Positions 38,150 through 50,203 of a stretch of DNA of 64,000 nt are shown here, in pieces. A program made the translations under genes and the position numbers. This stretch comes from Malacoraja senta (Eukaryota): the NCBI GenBank assembly GCA_038087875.1, contig CM075978.1, positions 175,088,001-175,152,000 of the forward strand. Reading direction: 5' to 3'. Positions within the stretch are counted from its first letter, which is position 1; each line of letters begins with the position of its first letter. Below the pieces are notes generated by a model that saw only the letters and a program-made list of their open reading frames with translations, made no database searches and had not been told where the DNA came from.

Positions 38150-39990
38150 GTTAAGCACTGCTCTCTGGTTGTGGTGGGATGATTCAGTTGCCTGATAACA
38201 GCTGACAAGAAACTGTCCATGACTGGTGGTATGCATTTTCACACCTTTTGCCTGATGGGAGAGGGTAGAAGAGGGAGTGGTCAGGGTGCGACTCGTCTAT
38301 GATCATGCTGCTGACCTTGCCAAGGCAGAGTTAAGTATAAATTGAATCTATAGAAGGGTTTGTTTGAGTGATGGCCTGGGCTGCATCCACAATTTGCTGC
38401 AATTTCTTATGGTCCTACATGGAGCTGTGACGCATCCTGATAAAATGCTTTCTATGGTGCGTCTGTAGAAGTTGTTGAGTGATGTAGGGGACATGCCAAA
38501 CTTCCTAAGCCTTCTAAGGAAGCAGAAGCGTTGGTGTTCCTTCTTGCACGTTGCTTCAATATGGGTTGTCCAGGAGAAGTTGTTGGTGGTATTGACTCCC
38601 AGGAAATCCAAGTTTTCGACCATCTCTACTTCGGCACCATCAATACAAACTGGGGTATGTGTACCACTTTGCTTCCTGAAGTCGATCACTATCTTGCTGA
38701 TGTTGAGAGAAAGCTTATTGTCTCGACACCAGGACACGAGGTTCTCAGTCTCCTTCCTGTACTCTGTCTCATCATTATTTGTTTATCGGCACACAATGGT
38801 GGTGTAATCTGGGGATTTGCAACTTGAATTAGGTTTATTCATGGCTGCACAGTCGTGGGTGTACAGGGAGTATAGACGGGAGCTGAGAACACATCCTTGC
38901 AAAGCACCAGTGTGGAAGATTATCGTGGAGGATGATCTGTCCCCTATTCTCACTGATTAGGGTCTGTTGGTCAGAAAGTTGAGGATCCAGTTGCAAAGAT
39001 GAGTGCTGAACCCGTCCTTCGAGTTTGGTGATAAGCTGGGATGGTATAATGGTATTAAAGGCAGAGTTGTAGTCTATGAATTAGGAGTCTGATGTGGGTG
39101 TCTCTCTTCTTCAGGTGTTGTAGGGATGTGTGTAGGGCTCGGGCGATGGCTTCATCAGTGGACCTGTTGTGCCAGTAGGGTCAAATCCACTGGGTGGACT
39201 GGATTAAATGCGTTTCATAACTAGCCCCTCAAAACATTTCATGACGGTGGACGTGAAGGCCACATGACGGTAATCGTTTAGGCATGGGGTCTTGCTTTTC
39301 TTTGGCAATGGGATAATGGTGGTCTTTTTGAAGCAGGTGGGTACCAGAACGGAGTAGGAAGAGATTAAAGATGTTCGTGAATACTCCGCTAGCTGAACTG
39401 TGCAGCTAATGAGGACACGGCTAGGAACTCCGTCTGGTCCAGTTCCTGTTTGTGAGTTTACCATCAGGAAGGCCGATCTAACCTCTGCTCCAGTCACCCT
39501 GCGGAGAGGCACAAAGGAGTTTGATGCGCCATGTGTCACCGCTCTGTTGGCGTTCTGCTCGAAGCGAGCATAGAAAGCATTCAGTTCATTAGGTAAGGTC
39601 GCACTATCACCAATGATGTTGCCTGACCTAGCTTTGCAGCCAGTTATCTTATTCGGAACATGCCACATTCTCTGTGTGTCCGAGTGATTATACCTGGATC
39701 AAAGTTTGTCCCGGTAATGTCTGTTGGCATCCTCCACGAATATGATAGCAGGCCTTCTTGTACTGCTCTGGGTTGTTTGACTTGTGTGCAGGAAAACTGG
39801 CCTTGACCTGTGAATGCACCTCGCGTTTCATCCATGGTTTCGAGTTGGGGAACACTCGGATTGTCTTCGTCCATACACAATCTTCTATGGACTTGCTGAC
39901 GAAGTCAGTCACGGTGGTGACGTACTCATTCACGTTAGCTGCGGAATGCCTGAATATGTACCAGTCCACTGACTCAAAGTTTGTTTAGTT
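38150..39990 (-). mobile_element. Second Rex1/Babar LINE copy, degenerate
   Basis: LPNELNAFYARFEQ, TGPDGVPSRVL, VPTCFKKTTIIPLPKKSKTPCLNDYRHVA and SWCRDNKLSLNISK. Confidence 0.88.
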
Positions 39991-42018
39991 TGTGAACAGT
40001 GTGTGGCCGACAAGTACAAAATGTGTGAGTGAATGTGTGTCGAGGCGGGAAGTGGGAGTGGAGAGTCTTTGTCCTGAAACTGGGGAAAATAAAATGGTCT
40101 CAATGAAGGAATATGACAAAGAAGCCGATGGTCAATGCCAATTAGATTGGCCTTTTCGTGTTGTGTATTTCTATGACTCTCGCTTATCTAATATTTTTCC
40201 ATTGGTAAGGCCATTGAGTTTGGGATTTTTTGCAGCGTCATAAATAATCTTGTTGTGAATATGCATTTTGTGAACTTTTGACCTGGAATCATATCTCCAA
40301 AACAAATCACACAGCAGAATTGTGACATATAAGTTTTAATTATTTGACAAGGGAAAATGCGATGTTGTCCTCCAAAATATGGTTTCGAAAAAGGATAGCA
40401 AATATTTTATTCCGAAAACTTGATTTGCTTAGAAGTCACGGTGCACATTTCAGAATGTTTGATTCAAATAGAAAACCAAATATTTCAGACCTCTAACATT
40501 CATTCCACTGTTCTAAGGAACAACATGATTATCATTGAAAATAGTATGTGATTTGCAGGTTTTCTTAAATTTAAATTCAAATATACAAATGTTAAAGATG
40601 TTAATTCAAAAATAATATACGGAAAACATTCATTTGGTTTGATAACATGCCTGGAAAGAAAAGCGGTCTATGTTTCAACCACGAGCTTCCGCCGCAACTG
40701 GGAAATAAAGTTTAAAAAGGTAAGTGTAGGTGTCGGAGAAGGTTGCAAGAGAGATGGATTGCCACCGTTCAGCAATTCTGCAATTTCAATTTCTCTTTTC
40801 CAGTTCTACTGAAACAATCTCCGACGTGAAACATGAAAGCTATTTCTCGTTCCACACATGCTGCCAAGTTTGCTGAGCATTTTCCATAATTCCAAATCTT
40901 GTGTATCTTTCTAATGGAGTATACAGGCCAGTTTGGTTCCGCTACAAGACATTAATAATGTACACTCAGAGCCGATGTTCACGGCCAAATGCATATAAGC
41001 CCACCCCTGCAAAAAATAAAAAGCGTAATGGTTGCAAAGAGAATTGAGACACAGAATATTTCACCATATTCAATTAGATATCTAAGAGTCCTGCAATGGG
41101 GAACTAAGGACACCTGGTGCCGAAAATTCCTTAGCTTATCGGTGGATCAAAAGAGGAGGTGATAAGTGGGTCTCTAATATCGCGGCGCGAAATTTGCATG
41201 TGCTTACAGTTTGACGAGAGTAATCCAGTGAAATAAAAATGATTAACATTTGAAAACCACAAGTCGTACGATTGAGGGATTATGGATGTATAAAATATCG
41301 AATTCACTAACATTCACTAATCGGAATCTTGAAATAATTATTTGGTATGAAAGAAAATAATCAATTGATAACCACATGCACCAAGCTTAATAAAGGAATA
41401 AATGGAATTCGGAATGCCAACTCACGCAATCGAAGGTAAACATAATGGGGAATAATGGAATTGTAATAACAATGAGATGGTCTTAAACAAATTATAAGTT
41501 AGCCATGATGTGTGAACCCCCTCAATCAAGAAGGAAACGTGCCTATTATAACTTCACAGTACATAAAAGAGTAGGTCCGCGGCAATGAAAGTTAAGAATT
41601 ACATTTTGGGAATAGATAGGACGAATGCACAGAGTATTTTACCCAAAGTACGGGAATAAAAAACTAAAGGACACATGTTGAAGGTGAGAGGAGAGAGATT
41701 TAATTTTTTTTTAAACTGACGGGCACTGCTTTCACATAGCGGGTGTCTGCAACGAGTTGAGTCAGATTATATAACAGCATGTATTGGATTTTTGGGAAGG
41801 TACATAGATAGGAAACGTTTAGAGGGATATGGGTCAAACGCGGGTAGGTGTGATTATTGAGGCATATTGGACGGCATGAAGTTTGGCCTAAGGGCCTGTT
41901 TCCATGTTGTATGACACAATGATACTATGAATATACTAAATTAGAATCAAATTAGCGAATAATTCATTTCTAGCGTAACTGACAAATTTTCGATTCACTG
42001 CCATATAGCCCGACGAAT

Positions 42019-42150
42019 TTAGTTGTTATTTTTCACCCCGCTATATATTACACTTATTTCTTTATGTTGCCGTTTCAAATTCTTTGTCGAGCTTGACGTG
42101 TTCAAGGGAGCGTATGCCAGTTCATTATCAGCAGCAGCCACAATTGCGAT
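42019..42150 (-). CDS. Gene C terminal exon with two ITIMs
   Basis: IAIVAAADNELAYAPLNTSSSTKNLKRQHKEISVIYSGVKNNN*. Confidence 0.82.
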   Translation of the reverse strand: MAIVAAADNELAYAPLNTSSSTKNLKRQHKEISVIYSGVKNNN

Positions 42151-45100
42151 CTGTGCACAAATGTATGCTATTGTTAATTGGACAAGAAAATGACTAATTT
42201 CTCCGAGTACGACGTATCTATATTCTCAGATGTGTAGAGTAAAAGCGTGAAACGAACTTTACCTTTGCATACACAGGGCTCTCCACATGCTCTTCAGGTT
42301 TCTCATATTCTTTGCAGCGGACAAGATCCAAATGTGCGTACATCGGATTGCGGCTAACGTTCTCACCTTCTTCCTGGAAATTCATGAACTTATTTTAAGA
42401 TTAGTTATACTACAGATAAAGCTTTCGCGTGGAATGCACTGGCAAGAATAAACGAGGGACAATTATTTTTTGTTTGTCTCGAATGACTTATCGCACGGAG
42501 ACCAATTTCCAGAGTCTAATCGACTGCGGGGCAAACAGTCGCAACTGGACAGATCAATATGATAATTGCACATAATATGGAACATAGAACAGTACAGCAT
42601 AGGAACGCGCCCTTGGCATCGTGTTCAGCCCAAAATGTTTGTGCTGAACACGATGCCATTTTAAACTGATCTCATCTATCTGTACATGATCCATATCCGT
42701 TTTTCCTTGTGCATATGTCCATCTAAATGTCTATTAAACGCCACTATCGTGTCTGCCTCCACCAGCACACCTGGTAATGCCTTCCAGGCAAACAACAATA
42801 GCTATGTAAAGAACTTACCCCGTATACCTCCATCAAACATTCTCCCACACACCTTATAGCTATGCCCTCTAGCATTAGACATTTCTGTTCTGTGGAAAAG
42901 GTTCTGACGGTCTACCCTATCTATGCCTTTCATTCTATCAATTCTGCCCTCATGCTCCGAATTTCCAGAAAAAAACAATCCAAGTTTATACAACCCCTTC
43001 ATTTACTTGCACCTCTCTAAGCCAAGCGCACCTGATAAACCTCTTCTGCACCCTCCCCAAAGGCTTTCTGTAATGAGGCTACCAGAACCGCACGGAAATC
43101 TCCAAATGGGCCTTAACCAGAGTCTTATAGAGCTGTATCATGATTTATTGACTTTTATATTCAATGCCGTAGCAATGAAAGCAAACATATCATATGCCAT
43201 CTTTACCAGCCTATCTCTTCGTGCTGCCGTCTTCAGTGAGCTATGAGCTTGGACTCCATGACCTCCCTGCACATCAATTCACTTTAGCATCTTGACATTA
43301 TCCTTACATGCGCCATTCTAAGGTGCAACAGCTCAGACTGCTCGGGTTAATCTCCATCATGCTCCGTCTGCCATTTCTCCACCCACTTCTATCGATGATC
43401 TATAACCCTCTGTATCTTCCGACAGCCTTCCTCGCTGTCTGCAACTCCTCCTGTTCTGTTGTTCAGCAAATTTACTCAACAACCCATCTAGGTTTATGTC
43501 TACGTCATTTATATATATCACAAATAACAGAGGTCCCTGTGGAATTCCACTGATCACAGACCTTCAGGCAGATCTTCCTTCGACAAACCTCTGTCGCTCT
43601 GAAGAAGCCAGTTCTGAATTCATATCACCAAGTTACAGTGGATCATGTATATCTTGATCTTGATCTTTTGGATCAACCTATCATGAGGAACTTTATCACA
43701 AGCCTTCCTTAGATTCGTGTTTGCAGCAGCTACTGCCCTGCCTTCATCAATCTCCTTTGTCATCTGTTCAGAAAACTCAATTACATCAGTAAAACGTGTT
43801 AGACCGTGCTGGCTATCGCTAATTCGTCCATTCTCTTCCCAATGTCAGTAGATCCTCTCTTGACGAAGTCTTTCCAATCGGTACCCAACCACTAACGTGT
43901 GGTTAAACGATCTATATTTAGATCCAACTGGTTGAGCCTCGGATTCCCTCTACTTCCCTTCTTAAACAAAGAAACAGCATGGCCACTCTCTAGTATTCCG
44001 AAATCTCGCCTGTGGCTGGACAGGAAACAGTAAGGTGCAAATGAAAATATTCCTTTCACTACGCCTGGTGTAAACAATATATATGATATCTATAATAAAT
44101 GCGAACTCCTGTAAATGCATTTGTATTGTTCTTTATGTCCTCCTTTGTGTAGTGTACTGTGAAATTCACGGATTGGGAATACGTTCAAACAGAATAAGAC
44201 GTGGTCTCATTAAAACGGCTTGGTTTCAACAAAGGCACAACCCTGTCTCTACTTTCACAAATGGAATAGTCATATATTAAATTAGCCTTACCCAACTTTG
44301 TGTCCGATTTGTATTTACTGTATGCTTCTTTGCACCTGCTCGGAAAAATAAAATAGTGATAAAAGGCCGTGCGACATGGTGGGGGGTTTTGCACGCCAAG
44401 AACGTAATATCATGTGATAATTGCACGATAGAGTTTCACTGTATACGGCTTCACTACATATGTGTGAAGGCTTAAACCACGTTGTTTGTGCCACGCTTTT
44501 TCCAAAGTGTTGGACGACACAGTGGTGCAGCAGGTAAATGCGGAGTTTGAGGCATGTTCTCCCTGTGACCACGTGGGTTTCATCCGTTGCTCCGTATACT
44601 CCCACATCCCAATAATGTGCGGGTTGTGGGTTAATTGACCTCTGTAAATACCCCCACTGTGTATTGAGTGGATGCGAAAGTAGGTTAACGTAGAGCTAGT
44701 GTGAACGGATGATCGATGGCCGGCTTGGAATCGATGGGTTAAAAGGCCGGTTTCTCTGCGCTATCTTTCAACCAATGAAACACATTTTTATCACAAAATT
44801 CACAGATGTTCAACAGGTACAATTAAATGCTGGCTGCTATATGATAATGTGTCGAAATAATACATATAATTCAAAATATGTGATCATCAAACATTAGTCA
44901 CATGCAAAATGTAATATCTTCGTTAGTCGGTGCTGTTTATTATAATCATAATTTTTGCCCATACAAATGTTTCATTTCCTTTATTATCAAGAGAATCGCG
45001 TAATTACCAATATTATTATATTATAATATTATACTGAGATGATAATGTTAAAAAATGGATGAGAAACATACCTCTAAATATAATTGCCATCACGATGATA

Positions 45101-48100
45101 ACGATGCACATTAAAATTAACACTGCACCTCCGATACTTCCAGCGATTAGAGAAGCAGATAAACCCTCGACAGCTGTGGGAGGTTAAACCGATTACCAAA
45201 CGTTTATATTTAATTAAGTTATTTCAAAGTAGACTTTGCGGAAAACAAAGCAAGATATTTCAAATGTTCACTCAATGGATTTCACCAGAACCGCGTGGAA
45301 GGCGGCAGAGCCAGCAATTTCGCTTTATGGCGCGATTACGAGTGAAATAAATAGATCTTAAGTGAACCTTGTGGGATATTGACCGTTAGGAAACAGGAAT
45401 TGTAGAACATAATACATTAATTTGGATATATTCTGTTCACCAAATTTTGAAGGAGATGTTAATGTTACTGACGCTGGTCAGGAGTGAATCATTGCAGACG
45501 TCTTCTCCCCACTAACAGTCCCCAATTAATGCAAGAGCCAACAAGTTAGTTCTCATAGATAGACTGAAAATGCTGGCGTAACTTAGCGGGTCAGGCAACA
45601 TCGTTGGAGAAAATGGAGAAGTGACGTTTTGTGTCGGGACACTTCTTCAGACTGATTGTGGGGGGTGGGGGCAGAAGCAAGAAAAAAACGGCAGCAATCG
45701 GGACTACCACGATATGACCCCACGCAGGGCGGTTCCCCGTTAGGCCGACTGTTGGTTTGGGACGACGTTATCCCAAGAGGGGTACATCGTTGCGAATTGT
45801 GGGACTGGTAAATCGACATTTAGAGGAAGGGGGCAAATGGGAGGGGGCGGGACGGGGTGGGGGAGATGGAGAGAAGATGGAGCTGCGTGCTTGTGGACAT
45901 TACTAAAATGAGAGAATTCAACGTTCATGCCGCTGGCTTGTATGCTATACAAGTGAAATATGAGGTGCTGTTCGTCGAATTTGCTTTCGCCACTCTGTGC
46001 AAGGCAGGTCCTCGGACAGAAAGGTCAGTGTAGGAATGTAAAAGGGGAAGTAATATACTTAGCTACCGGGAGATCCAGTAGGTCTGAGCATGCTCAGCTA
46101 AATGGCCGCAGAATCCACACCTTTTCACACTATTGTACAGGACCCCGCATCCAGACCATCCGATGCAGTAGATAAGATTAGAGAAGGTGCATGTGAACTA
46201 CTGTCCAACCTGGAAAGACTGTCGGAGTCCGTGCATAGAGGCGAGGAAAGAGGTACAGTGGCAGGTATTACGTCTCCTGGCAGTTGTAGAGAAAAGTACA
46301 TCGGGTTGGGGTGTGTGTGTTTAAAGGGATGAATGAAACATAGTTGTGGAGGAACAGTCTGCAAAAGGCGGAAAGGCATGGAGATGTAAATATGTGATCA
46401 ATAATGGGATCAGGTTGGAGGCGACAGAAATGTCCGAAGATGATGTTTAGTATTGCGGAGGCTGGTGGGGTGAATGGAGAGAGAGAGAAAGGAAGGATAA
46501 AGCGGTATCAGAGATAGTCCAGGTACATTTGTGGGCATGGTGGAAATTAGTGGTGAAGTTGAGTTCTGCACGGGTGTAGGATGTAGTACTAATTGTCGAG
46601 GACTGGCCGTACTGTATCGCAAAGGAGGTCAGGGGGTGGTGAAAACACGACAGAGGTGAGGGGTGGGGTCAGGGGCGAGCAGTGGTGTAGAAGCAGGCTC
46701 GGGCGTGGGGACCAGAGACCTTCAGAGAGGAGGGGTTGGGAGGAGCTGTGCATGGGCGGGCAGGGGAGGGCTATTAAGGTCATAAGGAATGGTAGAATTA
46801 GGCAATTCGGCCCATCATGTCTACTCAGCAATTTTATCATGGCTGATCTATCTCTCCCTCCTAACCCCATTCTCCTGCCTTCTCCCAATGACCTCTGACA
46901 TCTGTAGTGGGTGTAGAGTGGTTAGGATCAGGACAATGTCATGGCCTCCGTTTCTTCCTTGAAAAGAGACCAACGATATCTACGAACAATCTCCTGTGTC
47001 TAGAGGAATTTGTCGTCACCCTCAATAACTTCTCTTTTGACTCCACTCACTTTCTCCAAGTTAAAGGTGCAGCTGGACACTCACATCAGCCACAGCTACA
47101 GGCTACCATTGTGTTGGTTACATTGTGCAGTGCTTGTTTAAAACATACGCTGTCGTTACCCCCGAACCCCTCCTCGAATACATCGTCAACTACGCTGGAG
47201 CTACTTCCTGCACTCGTGCAGAACTTATGGCCTTTATTAATTACTCCACTAACTTCCACCTTGCTCTCATTCTTTAGTGAACGTGATCCCCCCCCCACCC
47301 CTCCTCCCTCCCCCCTCCCCCACCCACCTCCCATAACCTTATCTACTGCATCCAGTGTTCCTGATGCGGGCTACCGTACAATAACGAGACAAAGGTAGAT
47401 TATGCGGCCGTTAAGCTAAAAACATGCATGAGGTCTGCCGAGGCCTATTGGATTTCCCGGTTGCTAACTATTTTAAATCCCCTTCCCACTCGCACACTGA
47501 CCTTTCTGTTCTGGGCATCCTGCGTTACCAGAGTGAGGCCACAGACACATTGGAGGAGGAGTACTTCATATTTCGGTATTTGCGCAGATTATTTTTAGGT
47601 AGCCTCTGTGTCTGTGTTGCAATTGGTTATCCATTTCAGCCATAAACGAACAAAAACAAAACCTTCACCGAGTTAATGGTGCAGCAATAGTGTTATCGAT
47701 TCACAACTCCAGATATCCAAGCTCAGGCCTGGCTTCGGAAACTGTCTGCATGGACATTGTACTTTCTCTGAGATTTTACCAAGGAACTGCTTGGTGAGTT
47801 AATTGATTATTTTTACATTATTCCTCGGGAAAGTGTGATGTTTGAGGGGGCATCAGAGTGGACTTGTAGATCACTTGAAAGGGAATGAGCTACAGGTGCG
47901 CGATCGATTGCGGGAACGGTATTGATGGAATCTTCTGGGAGGCAACATAGGCTGAATGGACTGTACAGCGTCCGTCTACGCTGGCATAAAATAGGAAAAT
48001 TGCACAAGTTCTAGGAAAATAAATTTGCTGCAGAAAATACGGTCTTTTAAAAATCCTCACATTTTATTTTTACTATTAATATTATTATTCAGTGGACTAT

Positions 48101-50029
48101 CCATTATACTATGTTATATTCATTATATCCATTATACTACGTTACCTTCATGAGGAACCGTGTAGTTGGCTGTTGCTGGAGTTAGCATAGAACGGTGAAT
48201 AATTTTACATGTGTAAACGGTTCCTTCTTTGACTGCCCGTTTCTCCTCTAAAGAGCTGATAACTTCATACAATCCGTCTGCCGTTGAATTTTGTTCATGC
48301 CGAAATCCAGATTGGATGACGGAACCATTTCTATGCCAGGTGAGATTAAATTCTTTCGGGTAAAACGCAGCCGTTCTGCACTGGATTTTCAGGAAATGAG
48401 TCGCAGCATTTCTAGATCGAACAGATACAATCTTCAGAGGAGAAGGGACAGCTAGGTAAAGAGAAATGGAATTAAAAGAAAGGGGAAAAGTCGATTACAT
48501 CATCCAATAGCATTTGTTCCAACGCTACTTAATTCCATCATAATTTTTAAATCGGGAGCCCAGATGAAGGTGTTCTTCAACGCAATTGACCCCCCCCCCC
48601 CCACCCTCCTTCCCTTGACATGCATTCCCTTGACATTTAATTTAAGAAAAGTGCACTAATTTGCACACTTGTTTCCTGTGCTAACATGCGCGAATCAACT
48701 TTCAAGTTTCAACTCTTCAAAGGCACAGTACTGTTGTGAATATTTCAACTTCCCAATATAATCAGTCATAAACAGTTGCAGACTTTGGCTTACAGAGAAT
48801 GCTATCACTAAAATTTCTTGTTTCTCCAATTCGGCGCAAGAAATCTAATTTATATTTCAATTAATTTGTGCAAGTAAAAACCTCGCTCTTTCAATTCACA
48901 GGATTATATGTTGATAACATTATCATTAGGAAAACATCAGGAGGATCCCCGCCTCGGCGTTCAGTGTCAAATTGAGTCCGTTGTATTTATTCATCTTACA
49001 CTCACTACCTTCAATATACTTCAACTCAAATATCATTGCAGTCATGCCCTCTGACCTACATTTTCAAACGAATCAATCTAGAATAATTTTCCAACGTTTT
49101 GCACATTTGTATTCTGGATTAAAGACTTTTGTGAAGCAAAATCCAAATTTGAGCTGCAACTAAAGTACCTAAGAAGGAACTGCAGATGCTGGAAAATCGA
49201 AGGTATACAAAAGTGCTGGAGAAACTCAGCAGATGCAGCAGCATCTATGGAGCGAAGGAAATAGGCAACGTTTCGGCCCGATACGTTGCCTATTTCCTTC
49301 GCTCCATAGATGCTGCTGCACCCACTGAGTTTCTCCAGCACTTTTGTCTAGCAACTAAAGTACCGTTCGCTCACCATATACGATCAGTTGCTCTCCTGTT
49401 CCCTCCCCAACCGTTCGGCCCGCTTGTTTTGCAAGACAATAGTATGTTCCGGCGTCCGAGACCGTGACATTCAGCAGGTGAAGGTAGGCGCCTCCTGCCC
49501 TTATGATGAAGATTTTCCTGCTATCTTCTTTCAGGAAGCCTTTATTTCCATCTTTCCACCAGAAAACCTTTAGGTTTGACAGATTTACATTGAAGGGGAA
49601 GGAACACCGACAGGTAATGTTTATGCCACTGATCACCGTCTTCTGAACAACATTCGATATCGTCTTGCCCGACCTGTTCTCAGCAGCTGTCAATAGATGG
49701 TGCACAATCCAGTTTAGTCATTGATATACAGCAATGGAAATTTAACACTGCTGGCAAATATCTTATTGCACGCAGAATAAATATATACGTTGAATTGAAC
49801 CGAATTATTATGCCCGCCTTTTGTGTCCTCGTAAAGGTTTCGTAAATTGCACTCCTTTCCAGAACTCATACAACAGCAATGACTTTATGGACAATTCAGC
49901 ATGACATTATAAGGTACAACTATCATATGAATTTGAAGACCCATAAATAAAAAGCAATAGAAGCCCTAGTTTACCCGCATTCAAAATTCCAAGGAAATAC
50001 ATCGTCCAAGGTGACACTTTCAGAAACAT
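42019..50029 (-). CDS. Gene C: non-rearranging VJ-C1 Ig-superfamily inhibitory receptor (SIRP-alpha-like tail), 353 aa; exons 50029-49975, 49686-49375, 48451-48146, 45173-45072, 44335-44292, 42373-42263, 42150-42019
   Basis: All introns are GT-AG, with phases 1,1,1,1,0,0 giving a 1062-nt open frame. Leader MFLKVSPWTMYFLGILNA; V ..WWKDG..DAGTYYC..GEGTGEQLIV; C1 QCRTAAFYPKEFNLTWHRNG..YTCKIIH; uncharged TM; tail motifs PMYAHL, PVYAKI, LAYAPL, VIYSGV. Confidence 0.88.
42263..42373 (-). CDS. Gene C cytoplasmic exon 2
   Basis: 111 nt, phase 0/0. EEGENVSRNPMYAHLDLVRCKEYEKPEEHVESPVYAK. Confidence 0.82.
42580..44020 (-). mobile_element. CR1 ORF2 remnant in a gene C intron
   Basis: HAVSLFKKGSRGNP, SGIPQGPLLFVIYINDV and NARGHSYKV. 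Confidence 0.85.
44292..44335 (-). CDS. Gene C cytoplasmic exon 1 (GAKKHTVNTNRTQSW)
   Basis: Acceptor ttttatttttccgagcag, donor GTAAGG. At 44 nt it supplies the required phase 1 to 0 switch. Confidence 0.7.
44520..44775 (+). mobile_element. tRNA-type SINE (HE1-like)
   Basis: gacacagtggtgcagcaggta...gtttgaggcatgttctccctgtgaccacgtgggtttc...gggttaaaaggccggtttc. Confidence 0.7.
45072..45173 (-). CDS. Gene C TM exon (uncharged)
   Basis: Acceptor cctcccacag, donor g|GTATGT. AVEGLSASLIAGSIGGAVLILMCIVIIVMAIIFR. Confidence 0.88.
45560..47640. mobile_element. Penelope-like fragments on both strands in the gene C C1-TM intron
   Basis: Terminal repeat at about 45560-45655; LEEFVVTLNNFSFDSTHFLQVKG (RT) and FKSPSHSHTDLSVLGILRYQSEA (GIY-YIG C-terminal part). 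Confidence 0.8.
48146..48451 (-). CDS. Gene C C1-set exon (not in the ORF track)
   Basis: Acceptor tttctctttacctag, donor g|GTAACG, 306 nt. AVPSPLKIVSVRSRNAATHFLKIQCRTAAFYPKEFNLTWHRNG...GLYEVISSLEEKRAVKEGTVYTCKIIHRSMLTPATANYTVPHE. Confidence 0.92.
49170..49350. mobile_element. Palindromic (fold-back) Penelope-terminus element with 14-bp target-site duplication
   Basis: TSD gcaactaaagtacc at 49156-49169 and 49351-49364. Internal inverted arms ..aaataggcaacgt / acgttgcctattt.. Confidence 0.85.
49375..49686 (-). CDS. Gene C V-set exon with J-like motif
   Basis: Acceptor ctattgacag, donor g|GTGAGC, 312 nt. Confidence 0.93.
49975..50029 (-). CDS. Gene C leader exon
   Basis: 55 nt, ends NA-g|GTAAAC like the gene A leader. 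Confidence 0.8.
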
Positions 50030-50190
50030 ATCGACGACGAAGCAGGCCTGGCTGGGAAAGATGAAGGTCTGGTTAATAATCGTCACGGTATCTTCTACAC
50101 TGACTCCTAATCACGTCGGTCACCCCATGACATGGCCGAGAAATGCGTTGCTTTTAATATAGGGCTTGCTGAGTGCCTGAAGGCGGAAAT

Positions 50191-50203
50191 TGAGTCAGGA
50201 AAT
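50191..50203. promoter_or_regulatory. Possible AP-1/ETS composite site about 160 bp upstream of the gene C ATG
   Basis: TGAGTCA directly followed by GGAAAT. This is a motif match only. Confidence 0.25.

Noticed and set aside
41192-41235. ATTTGCAT octamer and short exon-like FDESNPVK*
   Set aside because: It is not positioned upstream of any leader exon and no linked exons were found.
50061-50120. Plus-strand leader-like MKVWLIIVTVSSTLT as a head-to-head fourth gene
   Set aside because: The donor is poor and no V or C exon was found downstream on the + strand. It is probably the gene C 5' flank.
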